A model generated the notes under the pieces. That model worked only from the letters and a program-made list of their open reading frames with translations, did not search any database and was not told the DNA's origin. The position numbers and the translations under genes are program-made. From Synechococcales cyanobacterium VAR_4_metabat_354 (lineage in GTDB: Bacteria > Cyanobacteriota > Cyanobacteriia > Cyanobacteriales > Chamaesiphonaceae): 64,000 nt of DNA. Positions 52,155 through 62,791 of the stretch are shown here, one piece after another. Each line of letters opens with the position of its first letter. Positions within the stretch are counted from its first letter, which is position 1. Where the stretch lies: the NCBI GenBank assembly GCA_031414775.1, contig JANOQI010000016.1:283738-347737 (forward strand). Direction: 5' to 3'.

Positions 52155-54437
52155 ATGTCCATTGCCCCCGATCAAATCGACCGCATTGTTAGCAATCAAC
52201 ATCGCAACCCTTTCGAGGTTTTAGGACCCCATCCAGCAGAGGGCGGTTCCGCCTGGATTGTGCGTACCTATCAACCTCAAGCTGATGCCATTTGGGTAGT
52301 ACTACCCGAAGAACGCCAGGAATATCCGATGGTGAACAAGCACCACCCTCACTTTTTTGAATGCATTATCCCTGTTGCTCTGTTGAACGATTATCAGCTC
52401 AAAATCAAGTCTGGTGAGCATGAACAGGTAATCTACGATCCCTATGCTTTCAAATCGCCAGTTTTCACTGACTTCGATGTCCACTTATTTGCTGAAGGCA
52501 ATCACCATCGTATTTACGAAAAGATGGGAGCCCATGCGATCGATCTCGATGGGGTAGCTGGAGTATATTTTGCAGTGTGGGCACCCAATGCTCGGAACGT
52601 CTCGTTGCTGGGTGATTTTAACAATTGGGATGGTCGGCAACATCAAATGGCGATCGGCGGCAATGGCATCTGGACAATATTTATGCCGGGGTTGAAAGTG
52701 GGAGCCGCTTACAAATACGAAATCAAAAATCAGGATGGTCATCCCTACGAAAAATCTGATCCCTACGGTTTTCAGCAAGAAGTCCGCCCCAAGACCGCTT
52801 CGATTGTCACCGATCTCGATAGCTACCAGTGGCAAGATCAAGACTGGCTAGAAAAACGACGCACCACCGATACGCTCAGTCAGCCGATTTCAGTATATGA
52901 GTGCCATATTGGTTCTTGGCTGCACGCCGATGCCTCGGTACCAGCCCTGCTCCCCGATGGCAGCAAAGAACCAGTCATCGTTGTATCAGAATACAAACCG
53001 GGCGCTAGATACCTTACCTATCGTGAATTAGCCGCCCAGCTCATTCCCTACGTCCAAGAGCTAGGCTTTACCCATATTGAGATGCTGCCAGTTGCCGAGC
53101 ACCCCTTTGATGGTTCCTGGGGGTATCAGGTAACTGGCTACTATGCGCCAACTTCCCGCTATGGTTCCCCAGAAGATTTCATGTATTTTGTTGATCAGTG
53201 TCACGCTGCTGGCATTGGGGTAATTGTGGACTGGGTGCCTGGACATTTCCCCAAAGATGGGCATGGCTTGCCCTTTTTTGATGGCTCCCATTTGTACGAA
53301 CATGCCGACCCCCGCAAGGGCGAACATAAGGAATGGGGCACTTTAGTTTTCAACTATGGTCGCAACGAAGTACGCAACTTTTTAGTATCTAACGCCTTGT
53401 TTTGGTTTGATAAATACCACATAGATGGTATTCGGGTTGATGCGGTTGCTTCAATGCTGTACCTTGACTACTGCCGGGAACCGGGCGAATGGGTGACTAA
53501 CCAGTACGGTGGCCGAGAAAACATTGAAGCGGCTGATTTCTTACGGCAGGTCAATCACCTGCTCTTTAGTAATTTCCCTGGGGTCTTAAGTATTGCCGAG
53601 GAATCTACTTCCTGGCCGATGGTTTCTTGGCCGACCTATGTGGGCGGTTTAGGCTTCAACCTCAAGTGGAATATGGGTTGGATGCACGACATGCTGGACT
53701 ATTTTGAGATGGATCCTTGGTTCCGCCAATTCCACCAAAATCATTTGACTTTCAGCATGTGGTACAACCACAGCGAAAATTTTATGCTGGCGCTTTCCCA
53801 CGATGAAGTGGTGCACGGCAAGAGCCATGTGATCAATAAAATGCCAGGAGATGACTGGCAAAAGTTTGCCAACTTACGCTGTCTTTTTGCCTATATGATT
53901 GCTCACCCCGGCAAAAAAACCCTATTTATGGGGATGGAGTTTGGCCAACGCAGTGAGTGGAATGTTTGGACAGATCTCCAGTGGAATTTGCTGGAATATG
54001 AACCACACCGGCAAATGAAACAGTTTATGGCGGCGATTAATAAGCTATATCGCAGTGAACCAGCGCTCTACAGCCAAGATTTTGATGAAGCTGGTTTCCA
54101 GTGGATCGACTGTAGCGATACGAGCCATAGTGTTATATCGTTTATCCGACGCGCCAAGGACAGTGATGAGTTTGTGGTGGTGGTCTGCAATTTTACACCG
54201 CAGCCTCATGCTCACTATCGCGTTGGGGTGCCAGTTCACGGTTTTTATACGGAAATCTTTAACAGTGATGCTCGGGTCTATGGCGGCAGTAATATGGGCA
54301 ATTTGGGTGGTAAATGGGCAGATGAGTGGTCTATTCATAACCAGCGCTATTCGATCGATCTCTGCCTACCGCCCCTAGGAGTATTGGTCTTAAAGATCGA
54401 TCCAGCAAAAACCACTAGTTTCAATAGCAAACCTTAA
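52155..54437 (+). CDS. glgB: 1,4-alpha-glucan branching enzyme
   Basis: [48 protein letters not shown]. Confidence 0.98.
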   Translation: MSIAPDQIDRIVSNQHRNPFEVLGPHPAEGGSAWIVRTYQPQADAIWVVLPEERQEYPMVNKHHPHFFECIIPVALLNDYQLKIKSGEHEQVIYDPYAFKSPVFTDFDVHLFAEGNHHRIYEKMGAHAIDLDGVAGVYFAVWAPNARNVSLLGDFNNWDGRQHQMAIGGNGIWTIFMPGLKVGAAYKYEIKNQDGHPYEKSDPYGFQQEVRPKTASIVTDLDSYQWQDQDWLEKRRTTDTLSQPISVYECHIGSWLHADASVPALLPDGSKEPVIVVSEYKPGARYLTYRELAAQLIPYVQELGFTHIEMLPVAEHPFDGSWGYQVTGYYAPTSRYGSPEDFMYFVDQCHAAGIGVIVDWVPGHFPKDGHGLPFFDGSHLYEHADPRKGEHKEWGTLVFNYGRNEVRNFLVSNALFWFDKYHIDGIRVDAVASMLYLDYCREPGEWVTNQYGGRENIEAADFLRQVNHLLFSNFPGVLSIAEESTSWPMVSWPTYVGGLGFNLKWNMGWMHDMLDYFEMDPWFRQFHQNHLTFSMWYNHSENFMLALSHDEVVHGKSHVINKMPGDDWQKFANLRCLFAYMIAHPGKKTLFMGMEFGQRSEWNVWTDLQWNLLEYEPHRQMKQFMAAINKLYRSEPALYSQDFDEAGFQWIDCSDTSHSVISFIRRAKDSDEFVVVVCNFTPQPHAHYRVGVPVHGFYTEIFNSDARVYGGSNMGNLGGKWADEWSIHNQRYSIDLCLPPLGVLVLKIDPAKTTSFNSKP

Positions 54438-54451
54438 TTTCAGGAGTTTTT

Positions 54452-55420
54452 ATGGGTGTTAATCGTCGTCAATTCATCATGCTGTCGGGTTTGACTGGGC
54501 TAGGCGCTATTGTGGCGGGGAGCTTATGGGGAAATAATCAAGCTGGCTCTAAACAGTTAATAGCACTACCCAAAAATAAACCACTGCTGCGGTTTGGGGT
54601 GCTGGCCGATACTGGTACCGGCAGCATGAAGCAATATGCCGTCGGGCGGGCTTTGCTGAAACATCACCAGCAGTCTCCCTTGAACATGGTGCTATTGGCA
54701 GGCGATAACATCTATAACGGTGGCGAATTCACCAAAATCAAAACCAACTTTGCGATCCCTTACCAAGAACTGCTCACTAGTGGCGTAAAATTCTACGCTT
54801 GTCTGGGTAATCACGATGCCCGGGCTGATGTCTGCGGTACTGAGCAAGCTGAAAAAGGAGAACGCTGTGCCGCCACCTCCAACAGACCAATTAGTAATGA
54901 ACAACTAAACTACCCCCAATTCAATATGGGTGGTCAGCGTTACTATACTTTTAGCAAAGGCAATATCCAATTTTTTGCGACGGAGACTAATTCCCTGAGT
55001 AATCCAGCCAGTCCCACTCGGGCAGCTCAACTGAAATGGTTAGATCAGGAGCTAGGGAAGAGCAAGGCCAAACTCAAGATTGTCTTTGGCCACCATCAAA
55101 TGTATTCGGTGGGGCGTTATGGCAAGAACGAAGTGCTGATTAGAGATCTGGAACCATTACTGGTTAAACACAAAGTGCCTCTCTATGTGGATGGTCACGA
55201 TCACAATTACCAGCGCAGTAATCCCATTAAGGGCGTTACTTATCTGGTGGCTGGCGGCGGTGGTGCCGGATTATATCCGATTCTCTCGTCCGAGCCTTGG
55301 TCAGCCTATGCCCAGAGTGTGCATAGTTGTGCCACCGTCGATGTCCATCCTGGCAAGCTCATTATTACCGGTATCGATATGAATGGTCAGGTGATCGATC
55401 GAGGGATCGTGACTCTCTAA
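54452..55420 (+). CDS. Metallophosphoesterase with Tat-like signal
   Basis: NRRQF signal; ADTG, GDNIY, GNHD, GHH, GHDHNY. Confidence 0.9.
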   Translation: MGVNRRQFIMLSGLTGLGAIVAGSLWGNNQAGSKQLIALPKNKPLLRFGVLADTGTGSMKQYAVGRALLKHHQQSPLNMVLLAGDNIYNGGEFTKIKTNFAIPYQELLTSGVKFYACLGNHDARADVCGTEQAEKGERCAATSNRPISNEQLNYPQFNMGGQRYYTFSKGNIQFFATETNSLSNPASPTRAAQLKWLDQELGKSKAKLKIVFGHHQMYSVGRYGKNEVLIRDLEPLLVKHKVPLYVDGHDHNYQRSNPIKGVTYLVAGGGGAGLYPILSSEPWSAYAQSVHSCATVDVHPGKLIITGIDMNGQVIDRGIVTL

Positions 55421-55496
55421 TTCACATTTTCCTTACATAACTTAATATTTCCGTGGCATAATTTGGAACAGTATGCTAACTTTCCCCGTTTTTTAA

Positions 55497-55880
55497 ATGA
55501 GTGAACCAGAAACCGATAATATCGAAAATAATATAGAGCCGATCGAACCAGTGGTGGCTGTAGATAAATCATTGATCGACTGCTTTGAATGTCGCTCCTG
55601 TGGCTACACTTACGAACCCACTCGTGGCGATCCTAAAAATGGAATCGCGGCTAATACGGCTTTTGATAGCATTAGTATTGTGTGGCGCTGTCCAGTATGT
55701 GGCTCCAAAAAATCAGCTTTTAATAATGTGGGGGCGAAATCTAAAGCTTCTGGCTTTGAAGAAAACCTGGGTTATGGTTTTGGTGTAAATACCCTAACTC
55801 CCAGCCAAAAAAACGTATTGATTTTCACTGCCTTGGCGCTCGGCGTAGTATTTTTTCTCAGTTTATATACATTAAATTAA
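55497..55880 (+). CDS. rubA: Membrane-anchored rubredoxin
   Basis: CRSCGY.Y.P..GD, WRCPVC, C-terminal TM; upstream of ycf48. Confidence 0.95.
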   Translation: MSEPETDNIENNIEPIEPVVAVDKSLIDCFECRSCGYTYEPTRGDPKNGIAANTAFDSISIVWRCPVCGSKKSAFNNVGAKSKASGFEENLGYGFGVNTLTPSQKNVLIFTALALGVVFFLSLYTLN

Positions 55881-55887
55881 TAAGATA

Positions 55888-56880
55888 ATGAATTCGATTA
55901 AACAATATTTAAAACAAATAGCGCTGCTGTTAGTGGTGGGATTACTCTGTGCTTCTTGCGTGAAAACGCCGGCGATGACTAATAGCCCCTGGCAGGCTCA
56001 ACAGTTACCGACCACTGCCAACTTGCAAGATTTAGCCTTCACTGGTGATCTAAAACATGGCTGGGTGGTTGGTAGCGAAGCTACGCTGTTGGAAACGATC
56101 GATGGTGGTAACACCTGGGAAAATCGTAAGCTAGAGTTGGGAGATCAAAAATACCGCTTTAACTCAATCAGCTTCAAAGGCGATGAAGGCTGGATCGTCG
56201 GTGAGCCAGCTTTGTTACTACATACCAATGACGGTGGCAAGTCTTGGTCTAATCTGCCGCTTAGTGCTAAATTACCCGGCGCACCCAGTACGATCGCGGC
56301 TCTGGACAAAAATACTGCCGAGATGACCACTAACGTGGGAGCTATCTATAAAACTACCGATGGTGGCAAAAACTGGAAGTCTTTGGTCAATGATGCCGTG
56401 GGGATTTTTAGAACAATCAATCGATCGGATGATGGTAAATATGTTGCTGTATCCGCCAAAGGTAATTTCTATTCTGTCTGGCGACCCGGTGAAGAAGCGT
56501 GGTCTCCACACAACCGCAATAGCTCGCGCCGCGTGTCAAACATGGGTTTTACCCAAGAGGGCGGTCTGTGGATGTTAGCGCGGGGTGGTCAGCTACAGTT
56601 CAGCACGGATGTGAACGCTGACAAGTGGGCTGAAGCGGAGTTTCCGGGTAAGAAAGACAACATTGGTTTGTTAGATTTAGCCTACCGCAATTCCCAAGAA
56701 ATTTGGGTATCGGGTGGTAGCAGTGATTTAATGCGTAGTTTGGATGGTGGTAAAACTTGGGAGAAAGATTATGACATTCAAAGTGTGCCTTCTAATCTGT
56801 ATCGGATTCTGTTCTTCTCGCCAGATCAGGGCTTTATTATTGGCCAGCGCGGAATTTTATTAAAGTACCAATCGGCCTAG
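55888..56880 (+). CDS. ycf48: Photosystem II assembly factor Ycf48/HCF136
   Basis: Lipoprotein-like signal, repeated T.DGG..W Asp-boxes, AVSAKGNFY, HNRNSSRR. Confidence 0.95.
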   Translation: MNSIKQYLKQIALLLVVGLLCASCVKTPAMTNSPWQAQQLPTTANLQDLAFTGDLKHGWVVGSEATLLETIDGGNTWENRKLELGDQKYRFNSISFKGDEGWIVGEPALLLHTNDGGKSWSNLPLSAKLPGAPSTIAALDKNTAEMTTNVGAIYKTTDGGKNWKSLVNDAVGIFRTINRSDDGKYVAVSAKGNFYSVWRPGEEAWSPHNRNSSRRVSNMGFTQEGGLWMLARGGQLQFSTDVNADKWAEAEFPGKKDNIGLLDLAYRNSQEIWVSGGSSDLMRSLDGGKTWEKDYDIQSVPSNLYRILFFSPDQGFIIGQRGILLKYQSA

Positions 56881-56960
56881 GTTTAGTTGGTGATAAAACC
56901 ACTAGTGAAATGACTTGATCAAATTAATCATCAACTCTGAAGTTTAGACTGTGAGGATGT

Positions 56961-57533
56961 TTGCTAGTGCGCTACCTGCTTTTCAACAAACCCTACGGCG
57001 TGCTCAGTCAATTTACCCCAGCAGGGGACAAAGCGACACTGAAAAACTACGTGGAGGTACCCGATGTCTATGCCGTCGGCAGACTAGACGCGGACAGCGA
57101 AGGTCTACTGCTGTTGACCAATGATGGTCGCCTCCAGCACCGCCTCACCGATCCCAAATTTCAGCATCACCGCACCTACTGGGTACAGGTCGAAAATATT
57201 CCCGATGAAGCGGCGATCGATCACCTCCGCAAGGGCATCACCATCCAAAACTACCGCACCCGTCCCGCCCTAGTCCGTCTCCTCGAACAGGAGCCAGCTT
57301 TGCCGCCGCGTCAGCCGCCGATTCGGGAACGCCAAAAGATTCCCACCGCTTGGCTGGAGCTAACTCTCACCGAGGGTAAAAATCGGCAGGTGCGGCGGAT
57401 GACTGCGGCGGTGGGTTTTCCTACATTGAGGTTGGTCAGAGTATCGATCGGACAAATCAACCTTGGTGATTTAACCCCTGGCACTGGGCGAGAGCTCACT
57501 GCCGCCGAGCTGAACATCTTGAAGAAAGTCTAG
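56961..57533 (+). CDS. Pseudouridine synthase (RsuA/RluE family)
   Basis: [46 protein letters not shown]. Confidence 0.93.
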   Translation: MLVRYLLFNKPYGVLSQFTPAGDKATLKNYVEVPDVYAVGRLDADSEGLLLLTNDGRLQHRLTDPKFQHHRTYWVQVENIPDEAAIDHLRKGITIQNYRTRPALVRLLEQEPALPPRQPPIRERQKIPTAWLELTLTEGKNRQVRRMTAAVGFPTLRLVRVSIGQINLGDLTPGTGRELTAAELNILKKV

Positions 57534-57566
57534 AATAGATGCGGACAACTGCATGATAGAAAGACT

Positions 57567-58538
57567 ATGGCTACTTATCCTGGGATTACGAGTGAAGCTT
57601 TTCAACATCCACTTGATCGAGAAGCCGAAAGTACGCTGCGCAGTGTACCAGGGTTCGATTTGGTGGCTGGTAAATTTGTCGAATTTGTCTACGAACGACC
57701 ACAGCTAATTGCCCTGAAGGGCAGTAGCATTCAAGCCGGGCCGCGCCAGTATTCCACCATCTATGGAATTTTCCGCGAATGTGTGCGGGATTTAGATATT
57801 TCACCAGAACCGACTTTATTTATTAGTCAAAATCCGCAGGTGAATGCTTATTCTTTGGGCAAAGAATATCCTTATATTGTTTTAAATACCGGACTAATTG
57901 ACCTGCTCGATGAACAGGAAATTAGAACCGTTATTGCCCATGAATTAGGCCACATCAAATGTGGCCACACCCTGCTCATTCAGATGGCCACTTGGGCAAT
58001 GAGCGTAATTTCGGTGGTCGGCCAGTGGACTTTTGGAGTAGGCAATATTATTAGCAATGGCTTAGTATTGGCTTTCTACGAATGGCGACGCAAAGCCGAA
58101 TTATCATCCGATCGAGCGGCGCTATTGGTCATGGACGACATCAATATTGTCTTTCGTACCATGATGAAAATCTCCGGTGGTAGTCGCAAATATATGAATG
58201 AATGCAGCTTAACCGAGTTTTTGCAGCAAGCCGCCGACTATCACAGCCTGGACGAAGATAACCTAAACCAAATGTACAAAGTCTTGATGTATACCGGGGT
58301 GGGAGGCAGTATGATGAGCCATCCATTTGCAGTGGAACGGGTCAAATATTTGCAAGATTGGCTGGTTTCACCCGATTACGAACAAATTCGGCAGGGTAAT
58401 TACCAGCGCCGCTCGGTAGATACAACCGCAACCGAGGAGTCTGCTGGTGGCAGTACTGCTGAACAACTACAGCGGCAGATTGAAGATCTGCAACGAGAAA
58501 TAAATCGCTGGCGGAATCGCGATCGATCCGGTGATTAA
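57567..58538 (+). CDS. M48 family metallopeptidase
   Basis: NAY, IAHELGH (HEXXH), R.AELS.DR, SHP. Confidence 0.9.
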   Translation: MATYPGITSEAFQHPLDREAESTLRSVPGFDLVAGKFVEFVYERPQLIALKGSSIQAGPRQYSTIYGIFRECVRDLDISPEPTLFISQNPQVNAYSLGKEYPYIVLNTGLIDLLDEQEIRTVIAHELGHIKCGHTLLIQMATWAMSVISVVGQWTFGVGNIISNGLVLAFYEWRRKAELSSDRAALLVMDDINIVFRTMMKISGGSRKYMNECSLTEFLQQAADYHSLDEDNLNQMYKVLMYTGVGGSMMSHPFAVERVKYLQDWLVSPDYEQIRQGNYQRRSVDTTATEESAGGSTAEQLQRQIEDLQREINRWRNRDRSGD

Positions 58539-58608
58539 GGAGTTAACACTAGATTGCCATATCACCAGCCTTTACAATAGAAAGAATGAAGTATCACTAC
58601 TGCAAATA

Positions 58609-61497
58609 ATGAATTTTTGGGGAGCTTGGCGACGTAATCGCTGGATCGCGCTACTAATCAATGCGACGCTTTGTGCTGTTTTTGCTGGGCCAATGTTGAC
58701 ACTGGCCAGTCAAGCAGTGAGCATCGCACCAACTATCGATGAAACCACCGCCACTAACTTGGTGGCAGCAAATCCCGCCGCCACTGTGGCGCTGACCAAA
58801 AATGTCCAACGGACGGTTTTAGACAATGGGCTAACTGTTTTAACCAAAGAAGTTCACAATGCCCCAGTGGTGACGGTACAAGTTTGGTACAAAATTGGTT
58901 CCCGCAACGAAGCGCCGGGAGTTAATGGCATTGCTCACCAGTTAGAGCACATGTTGTTTAAGGGCACTAAGTCGCGACCAGTGCAGTTTGGTCGGTTGTT
59001 CGGTGCTTTGGGCAGTAGTTTTAATGCCTTCACTAGCTACGACCAAACGGCTTATCACGAAACCCTAGAGCGCAACAAAATGAAAAGCGCGATGGTGTTA
59101 GAAGCCGATCGAATGCAGAATGGTTTGATTGATAGCAAGCTCCTCGAAGGGGAAAAGCGAGTAGTAATTTCGGAGATACAAGGCAATGAAAACAGCGCCA
59201 GCTATCGCTTAGGCAAAGCTGTTCAAGAACTGGCTCTGCCCGATAGTCCCTATGGTTTGAGTGTCGGTGGCACCAAAGCCGATATTAAAAATTTCACTGT
59301 TGCTCAGGTGCGCTCTTACTACGACTCCTACTACGCGCCCAACAACGCCGTATTAGTTCTAGTGGGTGACTTTGATACCAAGCAGGTGCTCCAGGATACT
59401 AAAGAAATATTTGGTAAGATACCCCGGCGAGAAATTAAAGTCAAAGCGCCAGTGGCCGCTAAACGGGTGGTTAAATCTCGCCAGATCACGCTGCGGGAAC
59501 CGGGTAGTAATGCCTTATTGAATGCGGTATATCCCTTGCCCAATATCGTACATCCTGATGTCCCGGCCTTGGATGTCATGAATTATATTTTGAGTGTCGG
59601 GCGCAGTTCTCGCCTTTACCAAAAGTTGGTGGAAACTGGTAATGCCAGCAGCGTTAGTGCCAGTGCGGCTAATTTGGCTAATGGCGGTTGGTATGAATAC
59701 AGCGCGGCGGCTGACCCCAGTAAGTCGATGGAAAAGATCGATCGCATCATTCAGCAAGAAATTGCAACTATTCAGAAAAAAGCGGCTAGTTTGGTAGAGA
59801 TCGATCGAGCCAAAACTCAACTGCGTGCTGGTTATTTGCTATCCTATCGCAGCATTGACAGTCAGGCGAATCAACTGGGTAATGATGAAACCAGTGCCGG
59901 GGACTACCGATTTACTGATAACTATCTAAATAATGTAGCCAAAGTGACCACCGCTGATGTGCAGCGCGTCGCCAAAAAATATCTCCAGCCCAGCAAACGG
60001 ATATTGGGATTTTTTGTGCCCGATAATAGCAAGGGTCAACCGGTCAGTAGTAGTGGTAGCGAACATAATGCCGCTGCTAATTTAGGTAAGCCCCTCGATC
60101 CGAGCGAGCTGCAAAAATATCTGCCCAAGGTAATAGCGGATAAACAAACCAGCACCCAAAATCTGCCCCAAACAATTAAGCTATCAAACGGCTTGCAAGT
60201 ATTACTACTATCCGATACCAGCAGCCCGACAGTCACAATCGGCGGCAATATCGTAGCCGGTACCGAATACGATATTGCTGGCAAAGAAGGAGTCGCCGGG
60301 CTAACGGCAGCCAACCTGATCAATGGCACCACCTCCAAAAATGCTTTGGCCTTGGCCACTACGTTAGAAAGTCGCGGTGCCAGCTTGGCTTTTGGGGCTA
60401 GTCGGGAAGGCGCTGCTCTCGGAGGCAGCGCTCTCGATCGAGATTTGCCAATTCTCTTATCTACTTTGGGCGATGTGTTGCAAAACGCCACCTTCCCCGA
60501 CAAGGAATTCAAAAATAGTCAGCAACGCGCTCTGACCGGACTCCAAGCCGAGTTAGATAATCCGGCTAGTGTGGCACGGCGTAAATTTCAACAGGCGATC
60601 TATCCCCCAGGTCATCCTTTCACCAACTTCTCTACGGTTAATAGCCTGAAGAGCATCACCAAAGAGGATCTGCAAAAATTCTATCGCCAAAATTATCAAC
60701 CACAAAATACCATCTTGGCTTTGGTTGGCAACTTTGAAGTAGAGAAGACCACTCAGCTATTAGAAAAAAGCCTGGGCAGTTGGAAAAATCAAGGTGAACC
60801 AGGCAAACTGGCTTATGCCAAACCGGAACTACCTAAAAAGTCGGTGCAATTTAGCCCGACGCTGGTAGGCAAAACCCAGTCGGTGACGATTATGGGTAAT
60901 AAGGCGATCGATCGCCAAGATCCCAGCTATTATGCGGCCTTAGTCCTGAATCAAGTGGTGGGCGGCGATACCCTCTCTAGCCGTTTAGGTACCGAGATTC
61001 GCGACAGGTTGGGTCTGACTTACGGTATTTCTAGTGGTTTTGCAGTTGGTAAACAACAGGGTACTTTCCAAGTAACTATGCAAACTGCCCCCGAAGACGC
61101 GGCTAGAGCGATTGATAACACTCTCAAACTACTACGGGAAGTAAAAGAGCAAGGTCTGACCGCCGCCGAAGTAGAAAATGCCAAGGGTTCGATCGCTAGC
61201 AACTATACCGTCGAGTTGGGTTCACCCGATGATGTAGCCGGTACGACGCTGAGTAATGTGGTGCAAGGATTACCCCAGGATGAAATTCGGGAATTTCCGA
61301 ATAAAATTCGAGCGGTAACCCAAGCACAGGTTAACCAAGTAGCAAAGGATCTATTACATCCCGATCAGTTTGTAATTGTGACCGTGGGGCCACCTTTGAC
61401 TAGCAATAAATCGGATAAACCCAGTGAGCAACCTCAGAAACAGAGCAAGCCAACTGATGCGCTCTCACCTAAAACTGTTGATGGTGGTCAATTGTAA
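58609..61497 (+). CDS. M16 (pitrilysin/PqqL-like) zinc protease, fused two-half form, probably exported
   Basis: L.NGL.V, GSRNE..G..GIAHQLEH (HXXEH), NAFTS.D.T.Y; second inactive half with IR...GLTY. Confidence 0.93.
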   Translation: MNFWGAWRRNRWIALLINATLCAVFAGPMLTLASQAVSIAPTIDETTATNLVAANPAATVALTKNVQRTVLDNGLTVLTKEVHNAPVVTVQVWYKIGSRNEAPGVNGIAHQLEHMLFKGTKSRPVQFGRLFGALGSSFNAFTSYDQTAYHETLERNKMKSAMVLEADRMQNGLIDSKLLEGEKRVVISEIQGNENSASYRLGKAVQELALPDSPYGLSVGGTKADIKNFTVAQVRSYYDSYYAPNNAVLVLVGDFDTKQVLQDTKEIFGKIPRREIKVKAPVAAKRVVKSRQITLREPGSNALLNAVYPLPNIVHPDVPALDVMNYILSVGRSSRLYQKLVETGNASSVSASAANLANGGWYEYSAAADPSKSMEKIDRIIQQEIATIQKKAASLVEIDRAKTQLRAGYLLSYRSIDSQANQLGNDETSAGDYRFTDNYLNNVAKVTTADVQRVAKKYLQPSKRILGFFVPDNSKGQPVSSSGSEHNAAANLGKPLDPSELQKYLPKVIADKQTSTQNLPQTIKLSNGLQVLLLSDTSSPTVTIGGNIVAGTEYDIAGKEGVAGLTAANLINGTTSKNALALATTLESRGASLAFGASREGAALGGSALDRDLPILLSTLGDVLQNATFPDKEFKNSQQRALTGLQAELDNPASVARRKFQQAIYPPGHPFTNFSTVNSLKSITKEDLQKFYRQNYQPQNTILALVGNFEVEKTTQLLEKSLGSWKNQGEPGKLAYAKPELPKKSVQFSPTLVGKTQSVTIMGNKAIDRQDPSYYAALVLNQVVGGDTLSSRLGTEIRDRLGLTYGISSGFAVGKQQGTFQVTMQTAPEDAARAIDNTLKLLREVKEQGLTAAEVENAKGSIASNYTVELGSPDDVAGTTLSNVVQGLPQDEIREFPNKIRAVTQAQVNQVAKDLLHPDQFVIVTVGPPLTSNKSDKPSEQPQKQSKPTDALSPKTVDGGQL

Positions 61498-61512
61498 ATT
61501 CTGACTTCCGTT

Positions 61513-61548
61513 AAAAAGCCCTGTTACCAATTGGTAACAGGGCTTTTT
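61513..61548. terminator. Bidirectional intrinsic terminator (perfect 36-bp palindrome)
   Basis: aaaaagccctgttaccaa|ttggtaacagggcttttt between convergent genes. Confidence 0.85.
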
Positions 61549-61570
61549 TGATCATTTCAATCTGAGCTAC

Positions 61571-62752
61571 CTAGCCCTTCACACAAATAAGTTGCTTCAA
61601 AGTAGCTACCACCTCCACCAGATCAGCTTGATTAGCCATGACCTGTTCGATCGGCTTGTAAGCTCCCGGAATCTCGTCAATGAGGTCTGGATCTTTGCGG
61701 CACTCCACCCCAGCAGTCTGCGCCACAAAGTCATCCAAATCATAGGTATCCTTAGCCGCCGTGCGCGACATCCGTCGGCCGGCGCCGTGCGAGCAACTAC
61801 AGAAACTCTGCATATTGCCCTTACCTTTCACGATGTAAGACTTGGCACCCATCGAACCAGGAATTATGCCATAGTCACCAATTTGGGCACGGACAGCGCC
61901 TTTGCGGGTAACATAGACATCTTCATCGAAATGACGCTCTCGTTCCGCATAGTTATGATGGCAATTCACCACTAGCCGTGGTTTCATTCTTTTGCCGCCG
62001 CCCAGGTGTTTTTCAATCACCTTAATCAGTCGTGCCATCATAATCTCCCGATTGACCCGGGCATAGTCCTGTGCCCATTGCAGATCGTGCCAGTAGGCAT
62101 CAAACTCCGGGGTTTGAGCCACAAAGTAAGCCAGATCTTTATCGGGTAAAGAAGTAGCGGCCATCTTCGCCAAATCACGGGCGGTGCTGATATGGCACTG
62201 GGCAACTTTGTTACCAATAAACCGCGAACCAGAATGCAGCATCAGCCACACTTGGTTTTCGGTATCGGTGCAAACTTCGACGAAGTGGTTGCCACCACCC
62301 AAAGAACCCAGTTGTTTGATCGCCTTTTTTTCGAGGTCGCGCACGCCCCGATGCAGATCGCCAAAGCTGCGCCAGCCTTGCCAATTTTGTACTTCCCGGC
62401 TGGTGACTTTGTTATCACCAAAACCTGTAGGAATAGCAGCTTCAATGTCTAGGCGGATTTTTTTGAGCTTGTCGCCTAATTTGCTTACACTATAAGGAGT
62501 CTGCACCGCCATCATGCCGCAGCCAATGTCCACGCCGACGGCAGCAGGAATTAAGGCGGCTTTAGTAGCAATGACAGAACCCACCAAAGCTCCTCTGCCC
62601 AGGTGGACATCAGGCATCAACGCTAGGTGTTTGTAGACAAAGGGTAAGGAGGCGACATTTTTAGCCATCGCGATTTCTTGATGACCAAGAGGGTGTCCGG
62701 CCCAGGATAAAACTGGAGCAGGACTAGATATTTCTAGCTGTTCGTAGGGCAT
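61571..62752 (-). CDS. rtcB: RNA 2',3'-cyclic phosphate/5'-OH ligase
   Basis: PDVH.G.G, GVDIGCGM, GSLGGGNHF, HSGSR, HHNY, RKGA, PGSMG, SCSHGAGR. Confidence 0.96.
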   Translation of the reverse strand: MPYEQLEISSPAPVLSWAGHPLGHQEIAMAKNVASLPFVYKHLALMPDVHLGRGALVGSVIATKAALIPAAVGVDIGCGMMAVQTPYSVSKLGDKLKKIRLDIEAAIPTGFGDNKVTSREVQNWQGWRSFGDLHRGVRDLEKKAIKQLGSLGGGNHFVEVCTDTENQVWLMLHSGSRFIGNKVAQCHISTARDLAKMAATSLPDKDLAYFVAQTPEFDAYWHDLQWAQDYARVNREIMMARLIKVIEKHLGGGKRMKPRLVVNCHHNYAERERHFDEDVYVTRKGAVRAQIGDYGIIPGSMGAKSYIVKGKGNMQSFCSCSHGAGRRMSRTAAKDTYDLDDFVAQTAGVECRKDPDLIDEIPGAYKPIEQVMANQADLVEVVATLKQLICVKG

Positions 62753-62791
62753 AACTTTGGTTTAAGTTTAGTTGAATTGACACTCCCCGCT

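Noticed and set aside
61513..61548. Perfect palindrome as a MITE or recombination site
   Set aside because: A/T tails on both sides and the position between convergent genes are fully explained by a bidirectional terminator.
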